A DNA stretch of 51,717 nucleotides from Fonticula alba ATCC 38817 (GCA_000388065.2 KB932211.1), one strand, 5' to 3'. Positions 23,544-36,877 are shown, counted from the first letter of the stretch. Numbers and translations are program-made. Notes: generated by a model not told the origin, from the sequence alone.

Positions 23544-24826
23544 GGGGCGGCGCGTTGACAGAGGGGCGAAGAGGGGGCCGGAGAGAGGGGAAGAGGGGAA
23601 GAGGGGGAGGGGGAGGGGGAGGGGGGAGGGGGGCTGCCCGAGAGGCCGATCGTCCCCGGGCCATGGTGCCGCGCGAAGATCTAGTCCGGCCGGGGCCACA
23701 CGCGCCGGCGCGGGCGTGCCCCCATGCGTGGGTGGGGGCGAGGCCTGTGTGTGTGCGCGCGCGCGCTTGTGTGGGTTTGTCCGGGCGGCGATCGGGCGGC
23801 GCCGGGGCGAGGTGCCACCGCAGCCCATCCGGCGTGACCAGGCGCCGGTCATGTGCGTGCTTTGCGGGAGCGACCCTGCCCGGCCGCGGGCGAGTTCATG
23901 TGCGGGCGCGGGCGCCGGCGCGGAACCCCCGCGGTCTCAGGGGACCGCGCACACTGGAGACGAGCCGGCGCGGGGCGGGCGCGCCTCATCCGGCCTTCCC
24001 CCGTGGGCTGGCGGCCGCCGGGGGGGGGGGGGGGGGTGGACATCGGCCTGCCCGCGGTGCCCGGGGCCGTGCGGGATCCCAGGCGCGCGCGTGCGCCCAT
24101 GTCGCCGGAGCGGGGCTGCGGGGGCGGGGCGGCCGGCGTGCCCGCGGCACATCGGTCAAGCCCAGTCGCCAGCACATTCGAACGGCCGCGCCAGCCCGCC
24201 CCCCCGGGCAGTGTGAGATGTGAGCGTGGCCCCCGCGGTGTGGGTCGGGCTGGCGCGAGGGCACGGCGGCATGTGCCGGTCAAGCGCAGCCCGGTGCTGG
24301 GCGGGGGGCGGGCACGGGGGCCGGGCCTCCGCGATACGGGCCCGTGCGCGCGGCCATGGGGCTGCGCCGGCTGCCTCTGTCTCGACCTCTGCCGCGCTTT
24401 CCCTCTCTCTCTCGCTCTCTCTCTTTTGGTGCCCCGCCTCGGCGGTTGGTCTGTTTGGTGGCCGCCGCGTGTGTGCATAGCCGGGGTGTGTCTCTTTTTC
24501 TGGACATGCCCGTGCGCGGGCGCGGGGGCGCATGCGCGCGCGCGCCCGCGTGCGCCGGCACACACGGTTATGCCCGGCGCCCGGCGTGTTACGTGAGCCG
24601 GCTCGCAACCCGGAAAAGCCCCTCCTCCCCCGGGGGTGACACCAGGTGTTCGAGGGCTGGGGGGGGGGAGTCTGACGCCGGGGCCTGCGACCCCGGGTTG
24701 CGGGGGGGGCGGAGACGCGCCCAGGCGGCGGGCGCGAGAGCCGCCGGCGGCCGGACACATGGGGCGCCGGGGCCGCTGCCGCCCGAGCGCAGGGGTCTGT
24801 CTCCGCCCCCCGGCCGGCGCGAGAGG

Positions 24827-25595
24827 NNNNNNNNNNNNNNNNNNNNNNNNNNNNNNNNNNNNNNNNNNNNNNNNNNNNNNNNNNNNNNNNNNNNNNNNNN
24901 NNNNNNNNNNNNNNNNNNNNNNNNNNNNNNNNNNNNNNNNNNNNNNNNNNNNNNNNNNNNNNNNNNNNNNNNNNNNNNNNNNNNNNNNNNNNNNNNNNNN
25001 NNNNNNNNNNNNNNNNNNNNNNNNNNNNNNNNNNNNNNNNNNNNNNNNNNNNNNNNNNNNNNNNNNNNNNNNNNNNNNNNNNNNNNNNNNNNNNNNNNNN
25101 NNNNNNNNNNNNNNNNNNNNNNNNNNNNNNNNNNNNNNNNNNNNNNNNNNNNNNNNNNNNNNNNNNNNNNNNNNNNNNNNNNNNNNNNNNNNNNNNNNNN
25201 NNNNNNNNNNNNNNNNNNNNNNNNNNNNNNNNNNNNNNNNNNNNNNNNNNNNNNNNNNNNNNNNNNNNNNNNNNNNNNNNNNNNNNNNNNNNNNNNNNNN
25301 NNNNNNNNNNNNNNNNNNNNNNNNNNNNNNNNNNNNNNNNNNNNNNNNNNNNNNNNNNNNNNNNNNNNNNNNNNNNNNNNNNNNNNNNNNNNNNNNNNNN
25401 NNNNNNNNNNNNNNNNNNNNNNNNNNNNNNNNNNNNNNNNNNNNNNNNNNNNNNNNNNNNNNNNNNNNNNNNNNNNNNNNNNNNNNNNNNNNNNNNNNNN
25501 NNNNNNNNNNNNNNNNNNNNNNNNNNNNNNNNNNNNNNNNNNNNNNNNNNNNNNNNNNNNNNNNNNNNNNNNNNNNNNNNNNNNNNNNNNNNNNN
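24827..25595. other. Assembly gap (769 N) in the divergent intergenic region
   Basis: Run of N. Confidence 1.
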
Positions 25596-26090
25596 TTTCA
25601 CGCATGATCCTCCCCAGACCCCGGGGGACGGGGGGGGGGGGGCCGGCCGGGTGCTCTGAGTGGGCCTCGCACATCGACGATCAGTCTCTGTGTGTTCCCT
25701 TTCTCTCGCCCGCTTTCTCCCGTACACACGCGCACACGCACAAGCGCACACGCCGGCCGCCCCCCCGCCCCCCCCCCCCTCATCGCACCGCTCTGGAGCG
25801 AACGCCCGAGGAGATCGTCAGGGCGGCCGCGGCTAAAAGACCAGCCGCGGCGGGTGCGCGGCGTGTCGGCGCCGCCGATCAGCCCGCTTCCCCTCCCTCG
25901 TCCTCGCCTCCCCCCGAGCCCATCCCCTGCCCCCTCCTGGCCCTCCCCGCCTTCGCCCCTCGCTGCATCCCCCCCCCCTCCCACACTTCCGCCTTTCCCA
26001 CGCATCCCGTCCCTGCTCTGCGCCCGGGGCCGACCCGACCGCGAACGCACCAGGCGGGGCCCGCATCGTCCGACCCCCTCTCCACCCCCA

Positions 26091-26137
<47 letters not shown>

Positions 26138-26176
26138 GCAACTCCCGGCCACCTCCCCTGCCCGAGCCCGTGAGCC

Positions 26177-29100
26177 ATGGGCAACTCGCAGTCGACGGCC
26201 ATCCCGCCGCGGGTGCCCGGCCGGCCGGGCGGCCCCGGCGGCGCCTACCACCCGGACGCGCAGTACGAGCGCCCGGGCCGCCTGTCCGGCGAGGACCTTG
26301 ACGACGGGTCGTCGCCGCAGCGCCGGGACTCGCACCCGCACGCTCCCACCACCCCGCCCCCGATGTGCGTTTGTTGTGCCCTCGCCGCGCGTCCTCGCCA
26401 CCTGCGCCCTGCTCGCTGTTTGTGCCCCTCCCCCCCCCCTCCCCTTCCCTCCCCCTCGCCGGCCGGTGACCCTGACACATGGCCCTTCTCCCGGCTTGCC
26501 CGATGCCCGGTGGCGGCAGCGGCACGCACGCGCGCCCGGCTCCGCCGACCATGGGCGCGCACCCGACGTCGCCCCTGTCCCCGGTGGCCGGCGGCCCGGC
26601 TACCGGGGTCTCGCCGCTGGGCACCTCGACCGGCGGCTTTGCCTCGCTCAATGTGGCCTCCTTGCACATGGGCCCGGAGGTGGTGCGCTCCAAGGCCGAC
26701 CCGGTGACCGCGGTCGGTGGCCCTGGCGCCACGTTGGACTTCCCGCGGAGCTCGGGCGGCTTTTCGCCGGCCGACTCGCCGGCCATCGCCCGGGACCCCG
26801 GCCTCGGGGGCGCCGGCGATGGCGGGCTGGCCACCCCGCCGCCGGGCACCGGGGGGGCGTCCGTGCGCGGGGCGTCCCCCGGCGCGGCCGGGCCCCCGGG
26901 CAGCGTGGCCAATGCGGCTGGCGGCGCGGCGGCGGCGGCGGCGGCGGCGGCCGCCGGCGGCGGCGGCAGCCACCCGCATGTGGCCTCGGCCGCCCAGTCG
27001 ATCCTGGCCCGGCGCGGGCACCACCTGTCCGGCGGGTCTTCCTCGTCCTCCTCCTCGGCCACGCCGATCCCCCCGCGGGCTGGCCGGTCGTCCTCCTCGT
27101 CGTCCTCCTCCGCGGGTGGTGGTGGCGGCGGCGGCGGCGGCGCCAGCGGCATCGGGGCGTCCTCCGGCGCCGGCGGGCACCACTATTACGCCGGGGTGGC
27201 CATCGACACCGGGGTGCCCGGGTCGTCGTATGGCTCGGCTGGCAGCTTCGCCGGCAGCCTGCCCCCCTTCGGGTCGCCGCTGTGCAGCCCGGTGGCCCCG
27301 AGTCTCTTTCCCCTGATGACCGGGTCCACGGCCGCCGGCTTCCCGGACCTTCCCTCCGGGCGTGTGTCCATGCTGGACTCGCCGGTGTCGCCGGACTCCG
27401 GCGCCCCGATCGACGGTGGCTCTGACAGTTCGTCCGGTGCGTTGCCATTGTTGCTGCTGCTGCTGCTGCTGTTGTTGTCTGTGCTATTTGTGCTGTCTGT
27501 GCTATTTGTGCTGTCTGTGTTATTTGTGCTGTCCGTGTTATTCATGTTGGCTCCCCTTGCTTGGCCCCCCTTGCTTGGCCCCCCCCTGCTCGGCCCCCCC
27601 TGCTTGGCCCCCCTTGCCTGGTTCCCCTTGTCGCCGCAACTCCCGCCTTTGGCCGCCCGGTCGCTGACCATGCGGTGTCCCCTCTGCGCGCCGGCCCACA
27701 GCGGCCCAGTTCCGCCGTGGCGCGTCGAATTTCAGCTCGGTGCACGGGTTCCAGCCCGCGGGCGGGGAGGCCGCGCCGGCCGGCAGCCTGGCAGGCATCC
27801 CGCCCGGGGCCGATCGCGCCACCACCCCGGTCCGGCCGATGCCGCACCTGTCGGCCATGGAGCCGGGGCTGATGATGGATTCGTTCGCCATGCGGGCCGG
27901 GGGGAATGGCGTCCGGCCGCATTCGGCCATCACAGCCGCCTTCGACCCGGCGTACGCGACCCCCGGCTCGGCGCCCTTCCCGCCGGGGGACGACCCGACG
28001 GCGGCCGCCGCCACGGCCGACCCCTTCGCCCACATCCGGCCATCGCCCTTCTTCTCGCCGCAGCAGGTGATCGGCCATGGGGCCGGCGGCGGCGGCGGGC
28101 CCGGCGGCGGCGGCGGCGGCGGGCCCGGCGGCCCTTCCGCCCTGTCGATGTCGCTGTCCCCCTCGCGGCAGCATGACTACCCGGCGTCGGCTCCCCTGCC
28201 GAGTCTGATGCCGGGCATGGAGGCTGCCGGGTCCGGCCCCGGGACCCCGGGCGGCGGCATGGCCAGCGCCTCGCCCGGGCCCGGGGCCGGGGCCCCGCGG
28301 TTTGTCAGCCAGCGCGGCTTCGACGCGCCCATCCGGCAGGACGTCTCGTCTGGGAGCCCGGCCGGGGCGGTTTCCTCGCCGGTCGGCCGGCCGCTGACGT
28401 CGCCGGTCGCCGGGCCAGCGGTGGCCCCCTTGTCCCCGGTGCCGGTCACCATGCCCGGCGGGGGGCCGTACCTTTTCACGCCGATGCCGGTGGCGCCGGC
28501 TGCGGCGGCGGCGGCCGCGGCGGCAGCTGCGGCGGCGGCCGCGGCCGCGGCTGTGTCCGTCTCCGCCGCCGATGGCCATGCGTCGGCCGCGCTGCCGGCC
28601 TCCGGGGCCGTGGCGGTCCCCCGGCCGGGGGGCGACGCCCGGCCGTCGGCCGGCACCCAGCTGACCACCTCCTCGCCGGGGTCTGTGGCGGCCGACTCGG
28701 GGGCCGGGGACGACGCGGTGCCCACCGCCGGCGCCCCCGCCGCCATGGGGTCCCCCTCGTCGGCAGCCCGGCCGGCGGGGGACGGCGCGCCGGCGGCCAA
28801 GGGTCCGATCGCCGGGCCGGACCAGGCGGGCCTGGCCGCGGCTCCCGGCAGCCCTCCCCTGGCCACGACGCTGCTCACCTGGACGCCGGCCAACCTCAAG
28901 GACCTGGCCATGCGGTCGCCCCCGCTGTCGGCCGCGGCGTCCTATGGGGCCGGGGGGGCCGGCTCGCCGGGGCTCCTGGGCCTGGATGACCCGGCGGCCC
29001 CGGCCCCGGCGCTGACCGTGCGCACGTCGCTCGATGGCTTTGCCACGTCGATTCCCTTCATTCGGTCGTGCGTACATGCTGCTGCTGCTGCTGCCGCTGC

Positions 29101-30422
29101 TGCCTGTCCTGTCTTGGCTGCTTTTCTTCTTCTCGCCCCCTGCTTCCGCCCCTGCCCGNNNNNNNNNNNNNNNNNNNNNNNNNNNNNNNNNNNNNNNNNN
29201 NNNNNNNNNNNNNNNNNNNNNNNNNNNNNNNNNNNNNNNNNNNNNNNNNNNNNNNNNNNNNNNNNNNNNNNNNNNNNNNNNNNNNNNNNNNNNNNNNNNN
29301 NNNNNNNNNNNNNNNNNNNNNNNNNNNNNNNNNNNNNNNNNNNNNNNNNNNNNNNNNNNNNNNNNNNNNNNNNNNNNNNNNNNNNNNNNNNNNNNNNNNN
29401 NNNNNNNNNNNNNNNNNNNNNNNNNNNNNNNNNNNNNNNNNNNNNNNNNNNNNNNNNNNNNNNNNNNNNNNNNNNNNNNNNNNNNNNNNNNNNNNNNNNN
29501 NNNNNNNNNNNNNNNNNNNNNNNNNNNNCCCCCCCCCTCGCTGGCCGCTGTTGCCGGCGCCCCGGGCCTCTCGCCATTGGCTGACTCTGCTGCCCTTTTG
29601 CTACACCTGGCCGGTGCGCCTCCCCTCCCTCCGCCCCGTGCATGTCTCCGCGCGCGGCGCCGCCCGCAGCCACGAGGACTTCCACGCGATCCTCCACCTG
29701 CCGCCGGGCCGGCATCTGCTGCGCTTCGAGGTGAATGGCCGCCAGGTGGCCCACCCGGACCTCGGGGTCCACTGGGATGCGCACTTTTCCGGGCCGGTCA
29801 ACATCCTGGAGATCGGCACCGAGACCACCTGCACCAACGACGAGCAGGGCCTCACGGGGACCGACGACCCGGGGCTCGTGTGGACGCGCGAGATCCCGGA
29901 CTTCAGCAACTTCGCCAAGCAGCCCGGCCAGCTGACGCACTTCCCGTCCGGGGGCCCGGGCGGGGCGCCCGAGCCGCCGACCCTCCCCCCTCACATGAGC
30001 AAGGTGCGCGCCCGATCGGGGCTTGGTACATGGGGCGCCCGTGTGCTCCCCCTCCCCCTCCCCCCCCCCATCCATGTGTTTGTCCCGGCCTGTCTATTTT
30101 TTCCCCCCTAGCTGAGCCCGTCCCGGTGTTGGTCTCTCGCGGTCTCTCCCTCTTTTTTTCTCCCCGTTGTTGCCGACGCTTCCGGGGGTGTTTGTGTGAG
30201 GACACTTGCCCCCCCCTGCGACCTGTCCCCCGGCAGATCATCCTCAACGCCGACCTGGTCGACCCGCTGGACTCGTCGATCCTGCCGCCGCCGCACGCCG
30301 TGCACCTGAACCACCTGTGTGCCCTGTCGCTGCGCGACGGGGTCATGGTCCTGGCGGCCACCCGCCGCGTGGGCCGGCGCAAGTTCACCACCACCGTGGT
30401 CTACCGCCCGGTGGGTGTCTGA
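26177..30422 (+). CDS. PRKAB: AMPK/SNF1 kinase complex beta subunit (N-myristoylation motif, long low-complexity N-terminus, CBM48-like module, ASC domain), ~996 aa
   Basis: Exons 26177-26364, 26520-27436, 27702-29067, 29670-30003 and 30237-30422 (2991 nt). Starts MGNSQS. C-terminal EPPTLPPHMSKIILNAD...ILPPPHAVHLNHLCALSLRDGVMVLAATRR...KFTTTVVYRPV is a classic ASC domain. Confidence 0.93.
27451..27625 (+). repeat. Intronic compound repeat: (CTG)n, 18-bp TCTGTGCTATTTGTGCTG x~3.5, and 14-16-bp CCCCTTGCTTGG-type x~5
   Basis: Directly visible within intron 27437-27701. Confidence 0.85.
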
Positions 30423-30821
30423 GAGGAAGCCCGGCTGCCTGCTCGCTCGCGCGGGCGGAATGCCCCAGCCGCTCTCCCTTTGCGCGTCGCCCCCGCCCCC
30501 CCCCCCCCCCTGTCCTTGTTTTGTATCCCCCATAAATAGCTCCCATTGCCACTGAGTTAAGTCCTTAATTGTATACAGCGTGGCGCGCGCGTGCGGCGCC
30601 GATCGCGGCGGCCCGCCGGAGATCGCTTTCTCGTGGGTGTGGTGTGTGCGTGTGTGTGTGCGTGTGTGTGTGTGTGCGTGTGTGTGTGTGCGTGTGTGGT
30701 GGCACCGGGCGGCGGCGGCGGCGGCGCGCCCGCACTTGAGGGGCACCGGCCGGGGGCTGCTGCCCGAGGGGGGCATCTCCGGACAGCAGACATCTCCTCC
30801 TCCGGTAGCCGCGCGAGCCCG

Positions 30822-30853
<32 letters not shown>

Positions 30854-30902
30854 CACCCCCCCCCCCCCCCTCCCTTGCTCCCCCTCCCCCACGCACGCTA
30901 GC

Positions 30903-33009
30903 ATGTCCGCGCCTGGGAGCCGCCCCTCTCACGGCCAGAAGGGCCGACCCTCCGGCCGGCGGCCGCCGGTGCTCGTGTCGACCGTGGCCTCGGCCACCCG
31001 GGCCCCGGACATCGATGAGGACGGCTTCGAGCTGGTGCGGNNNNNNNNNNNNNNNNNNNNNNNNNNNNNNNNNNNNNNNNNNNNNNNNNNNNNNNNNNNN
31101 NNNNNNNNNNNNNNNNNNNNNNNNNNNNNNNNNNNNNNNNNNNNNNNNNNNNNNNNNNNNNNNNNNNNNNNNNNNNNNNNNNNNNNNNNNNNNNNNNNNN
31201 NNNNNNNNNNNNNNNNNNNNNNNNNNNNNNNNNNNNNNNNNNNNNNNNNNNNNNNNNNNNNNNNNNNNNNNNNNNNNNNNNNNNNNNNNNNNNNNNNNNN
31301 NNNNNNNNNNNNNNNNNNNNNNNNNNNNNNNNNNNNNNNNNNNNNNNNNNNNNNNNNNNNNNNNNNNNNNNNNNNNNNNNNNNNNNNNNNNNNNNNNNNN
31401 NNNNNNNNNNNNNNNNNNNNNNNNNNNNNNNNNNNNNNNNNNNNNNNNNNNNNNNNNNNNNNNNNNNNNNNNNNNNNNNNNNNNNNNNNNNNNNNNNNNN
31501 NNNNNNNNNNNNNNNNNNNNNNNNNNNNNNNNNNNNNNNNNNNNNNNNNNNNNNNNNNNNNNNNNNNNNNNNNNNNNNNNNNNNNNNNNNNNNNNNNNNN
31601 NNNNNNNNNNNNNNNNNNNNNNNNNNNNNNNNNNNNNNNNNNNNNNNNNNNNNNNNNNNNNNNNNNNNNNNNNNNNNNNNNNNNNNNNNNNNNNNNNNNN
31701 NNNNNNNNNNNNNNNNNNNNNNNNNNNNNNNNNNNNNNNNNNNNNNNNNNNNNNNCCCAGCCACTCGGTGTTCGTGCAGGATCTCGGCCACCGGCTGGCC
31801 GCGGACTTTCTGGCCTTCCGCGAGGCGGCCGGCCTGCCGAGCTCCGGCCCCGGCTCGGCGGCGGTGGTGGTGGTGGCCTTCGGGCTGGGCAATGTCGGGG
31901 CGCCGGCCCTGCGGGCAAGCTCCGACTATGTGACCTTCTGCCAGTCGACCGCGGGCGAGGCGGTGGCGCCGGCGCGGGCGTCCCTGGCCGGCCTGCAGGG
32001 GACCTTCGCCGGGCGTGAGCGTCTGGCGGCGGCTGGGCGCGTGGCCGCGCTGGCCAGCCCGCCGCAGATGCAGCTGGCCTTGCTGGTGTGTGTGCGGAAT
32101 GCCCTGCGCGCGCGGCTCGGCCCGGCCGGGCCGGCCCTCCGCGTGGAGGCCTTCGATCCGGTCTTCGACGAGCGGGACCGCCAGGTCCTCCGGGCGCTAG
32201 GCATCACCCCGCTGACGGTGAATGAGGTGCGTGCCGGTGGCCGTTGCGTGTCCATGTCCGTTTGTGTGTGTGTGTGTGTGTGGGCCTGGGGTTGCTTTTC
32301 CCCGGGTCGTGTGGTTTTTTTTTCCCCTTGCCCGCCTGGGTGCTCTGTTTTTTTTTCCCTCGCCCCTTCCCCCCTGCCCCGGCTGTGGCGTGTCTTCCGG
32401 CGCAAGCGGCCTGTCTGTGCCTGACGCTCTCCTTGTTGTTGCCGCTCGCCGGGCGACCATCACATGTGGTCCCCCTTGTGCCGGGGCTCGCGTGGGCATG
32501 GCTCGTGGCCGGCCGCGCAGGCCGGCCGCCGCCGGGCCGAGACCCCCACGCTCTTCTTCATGCCGCACTGCGACCGGTTCCTGTATGATGCTCTGTTGGA
32601 TGAGAATCTGGCCGACGGGCGGGACACCCTGGCCCGGTGCCTGGTGTTTGGGAACTTCCTTGCCCGGTACGCGGACCCGGGGCTCGGCGGCCCGGAGGCC
32701 CTGGTCCAGAGTGGGTTCCACAGCCTGGCGGCCGTGGTGCGGCAGGCCCGGGTGCTTGCCGGGCTGGACGCCATGCATGAGCGCCGGACATGGGCCGGGA
32801 TGGCGGGCGCCGGTGCCCCGGCCGACCCCCTGCCGGTGGCCCTCTTCGACGAGGCCTTCAGCGACTGCCGGCTGCAGAGCTTCCGCCCGGCGGCGGCGGC
32901 GGCGGCGGCGACCGGTCGCCGGCCCGGCCAGGCCGGTGGTGGTCGGGCGGGTCAGGCAGGCCAGGCGGGCCGACGCGCCGCCGGGCCCGGGCCGGCCTCC
33001 CGCGGCTGA
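30903..33009 (+). CDS. SRR1: SRR1-like protein (SRRD/Ber1 family); middle part hidden in gap 31041-31755
   Basis: Segments 30903-31040, ~31761-32226 and 32521-33009. Motifs: VVAFGLGN, QLALL, AFDPVF...LRALGITPLTVNE, PTLFFMPHCDRFLYDALLDEN, CLVFGNFL. Confidence 0.85.
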
Positions 33010-33152
33010 GCGTGCGCCCCCGCGCGCGCGCGCGCGCGGAATACACATCCACACAGGCGCAAGCAGACGCGCACACACGCGCACGCATGTCCAGAGGACC
33101 AGGGCAGGCGGGTCTGTTGTGTGCGCACGCCGAGGGGGAGGGGGCGGGACCT

Positions 33153-33192
<40 letters not shown>

Positions 33193-34386
33193 GGACGGGC
33201 ACGCGAGCGGCGCGGTTGGCTGATGATCGCGGCATCGCTTGCCGGGCGTTGGCATGTGGGGCCGCCGGCGTCGGCATCTCGGGCCCCTCGGGCCGCTGTC
33301 CCCGGCGGCGGCGGCGGCGGCGGGGGCGGTGTCCGGTCGCCGCACAGGCCCGGGGGCCAGGCTGTCGCGGGCGTGCCGGCGAGTGTGTCCCTGCGCGCCG
33401 GGCGCGGGAGGCGGACCCGGGCCGTGTTCTCATGCGCCCCCTGGGTGGCGGCCGCGCCGGCCAGAGGGCCAGGAGGGGGACACCGCCCCCGGGGCTCGGG
33501 GACGCAGGCAGGCAGGCAGGCAGGTAGGCAGGCGGGCAGGCAGGAGGGCCAAGGCCAAGCGCGGCCACATCGTTCGGCGGTGCGGGCGCCGGCGGCCCGG
33601 TCGGGCGCCCCCCCCCCCGAGCCCCGGGCGACCCACGGAGGGGGCACCCGAACCGGCGACCGGGGCGGCATTCGTCCCAGCGCCTCCGCCCCCCTCGCCC
33701 CCCCCCCCCCCCGGCCCTCCCGCGGGAACCCCTGGCCGGGCGGGCGGTGTCGGTTCTGGCCGAGCGGTCTCCGGAATTTGGCCGTTCTGGGAGAGCCCCG
33801 GCGCTGTTGGCCCGGCGCGCCAGCCACCGATGATCGGCCCCGGCCCGGGGGCCGGGCCCGAAGGGCCAGTGGAGCACCCGACAACGAATGCTTGCCGGCC
33901 GGGCGCCGGCCCGCGCCGGCGACCGGTGAGCGGGCCCGGGCGGCGCGATCCCGCACGCCCGGGCCGCGGACGCGCCGATCGCCCCGGGGTACTGCTGGCC
34001 CGCGCGCGCGCGCGTGCGCGCACCGGCACAACCTTGCACAGGCGTACGCACGGGCGCGTGCGCGCGGGTATGCGCCCCCCGCCGCCCCCTGTCCTTCGGC
34101 TCGCGTGCCATGCACAGGGGAACAGCGCCCCGGCCGGAGAGAGAGCATGCCGCGGCCCTGGCGCGGCCACATTTTCGGGCGCCCTCATTTCGGAGCCCTG
34201 GGCCCCGGGGCCGCCCCCAGCAATTACCTCCTCTCCCCCGCGCCCCCTCCCTGCCCATTTCGCTGCCCTCCGCCCTCTCTATCCTCCCTTTGTGCCTGGC
34301 CCGGGGCTTCGCCTTTGCCCCCTCCCCCTCCCGCTCGCCGCCTGCGGCGCGCCGTCGGCCGAGGCCCCTCCCCCCCCCCGCCAGCC

Positions 34387-34695
34387 ATGTCGGATCTCGT
34401 TGTCAAGGCGGCCTCCGAGCTGTCCAAGAGCCTGGCCGGGGTCATCCACCTGGGCTGCGCATTGCAGTTTGTCGACCAGGAGGGGTCCGAAGGCCGTGCG
34501 GCCGAGGCGCCGGGCGCCAGCGACCCGGCGCCCGGGCCCTTTGCCCTGTCCAAGGAGGACGCCCTGCGCCAGATTGCGTGCGTGCTTGCGCCCGGCCACA
34601 CGGCCGCACAGGCGCGCGGCCTCCTGTCACCACCTGCCATGTCGCTGACACGCCGCCCCCCCCCCCCCCTGCGCTTTTGCCACACACACACACAC

Positions 34696-34731
<36 letters not shown>

Positions 34732-36826
34732 CCCCCCATAGGTCCATCGTCTCCACACCGCCGGAGGACCCGGTCGCCGTGAAGGAGGCTCTGAACAACC
34801 ACCAGAAGCGCCCCCGTCGGCGGGCCTCGCCGGGGGGCCTCCCGCCGGGGGCCATCCACAGCGAGCCCGATGTGCCGGTGGTGGCCCTGGTGGCCGTGCG
34901 CCCATGGCAGGGCGAAACCGTGCGTCCCCCCCCCCCCCTCCGACCCGCACAGCAACCCCCCGCCCCCCATGCTCCGGCCCCTGACCCGCGCCTCGCATTG
35001 GACCCGCAGTTCGCGCCGGACGATGAAATTATCACCTGCTCGCGGACCGGCCGGCCGCTGGCCTTCGCGGTGGTCCAGGACTCGGCCCTGTTCCGCCAGC
35101 GCACAGCGCCTTCGGCGGAGGCGGCGGCGATGTCCACGCCGACGGCCGCCCCGGCACCCGGCGAGGACACCGCCACCAGCGGCGAGCCGCCGCCCCTGGT
35201 GCCCCCCCGCATGCCGCCCGACGGCATGGGAATCTCCGGGCTGAAGGGCTATGTGCCGAGCCTGGACCCGAACTGCTTCGACTACATCGAGGAGCCCATC
35301 TACTTTGCCATGCGCCGGGCCTGGGACCGGTGCGCTTTTCCCCTGCTGCCTTCTCGCCCCCCCCCTCTGGCCCATGCGCGTGACTCACACTCCCCTTGCC
35401 CGCGCCCGCGCCGCCTCCACACCAAACAAGGCTCCCCCTGGAAAATGTCCAGATCGCCACGCTGCCGATGGTCGGCGGCGGGCCGACGGCCGGGCGCCTC
35501 ACCCGGCCGGTGCGGTCCTTCACCGAGCTGGGGGACTTCTCGCTGGCCGACCTGGACAAGCGCGTGGCCGATGGGTATGTGGTCCGGTCGGTGTCGGGCT
35601 TCCACCTGGCCTGCTTCCGCATGCGGGCCCCCTTGCAGTTGACCAGCCACTGCGTGCCGCACATCCTGGCCGAGTCGGACCTGCCGCCGGTCTTCCTGCT
35701 GACGAGCGCCGCCTCGGCCGGGTGGCACAGCGCCGGCGAGGCGCTGTACGGGGTGGCGGTGCTGTCGGACGCCCTGGCCCCGGCCGGGGTGATTGGCCAC
35801 CAGCGCAGCCACTCGTGCTGCACGTGCAATTGCGTGCCGGCCGATGCCCCGGCCCCCGGGCTGGGGGAGGTCTTCCTGCGGCGGGTGGCCGCGCCGGAGC
35901 TGCCCACCCGGCTGGGGCTCATTTGCCGGGGGTCGCCGTTTGCCTCGCCGTCGGCCGGGGCCGCGGCGGCGCACGCCCACCCGGGGCCGGCGGCCCCCCC
36001 GGCGGCCCTGGCGCCGCAGCACCGGCGCCACCGGCCGCACGACACCCTGGACTATTGGGTGACCGGGTATCGGCTGGTGTCGCTGCATGCGCCCACGCGG
36101 GCCGTGGCCATTCGCCGGCTGCGCACGTACTTCCTGCTGTCCAGCCGGGACTTGGAGCACCCGCTGCTGCGCCTGGTGCAGCCGGTGCCCCTGGCCACGT
36201 CGCCGCTGGACCGGGGCCATGTGCGCAGCGGCCGGCACGAGCGCATCCTCCTGGCGGCCGGCTTCCGCCCGGGGGACATCGAGGCCTGGCTGGCGTACGA
36301 GTATGACCGGCTCTTCCCGGAGGGGCTGTCGCACTTTGTCTACCCGGCCGGCATGCCCGTGCGCCTGGGCCATCCGGTGTGCGTGTGCCCGCAGGCCCTG
36401 CCCCTGGCCTCGGCCTCGCAGCTGGACCTGCTTCCGGTGGACCGGCACCTGTCGCCGGCGGCCTCGGATCCGGCTTCGCACGAGGGGTTCCCGGCCGCCG
36501 GGGCGGCCTTCCTCCGGCATCCCTCCGCCGGCCTGGGCGAGGGGGCCTCGGTCATCGGGCCGCTGGCCACCACCGACGTGTCCATGGTCCGGACGCCGCT
36601 GACCGGCCTGTCCTCCTGGGAGCGGGTGGTCGTGCCGGTATGTGGGCCTGGCAGCGCCGTGTCTTCCCTTCATCCTGTTCCATCCTGTTCCATCTTGTTC
36701 CATCCTGTTCTATCTTCTTCATCCTGTTCCATCCTGTTCTATCCTGTTCTATCTTCTTCATCCTGTTCATCCTCTTCACCCTCTTCATCTTTTCCGTCTT
36801 CATTGACATCTTACTCCTCCCTCCGC

Positions 36827-36877
<51 letters not shown>

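Noticed and set aside
35560-36140. Resemblance of the giant protein to SZT2 (RVADGYVVRSV vs RLREGYSVREV) or MED13 (SCCTCNC)
   Set aside because: These are isolated short matches, whereas the Yta7/ATAD2 comparison explains many more motifs in the correct order.
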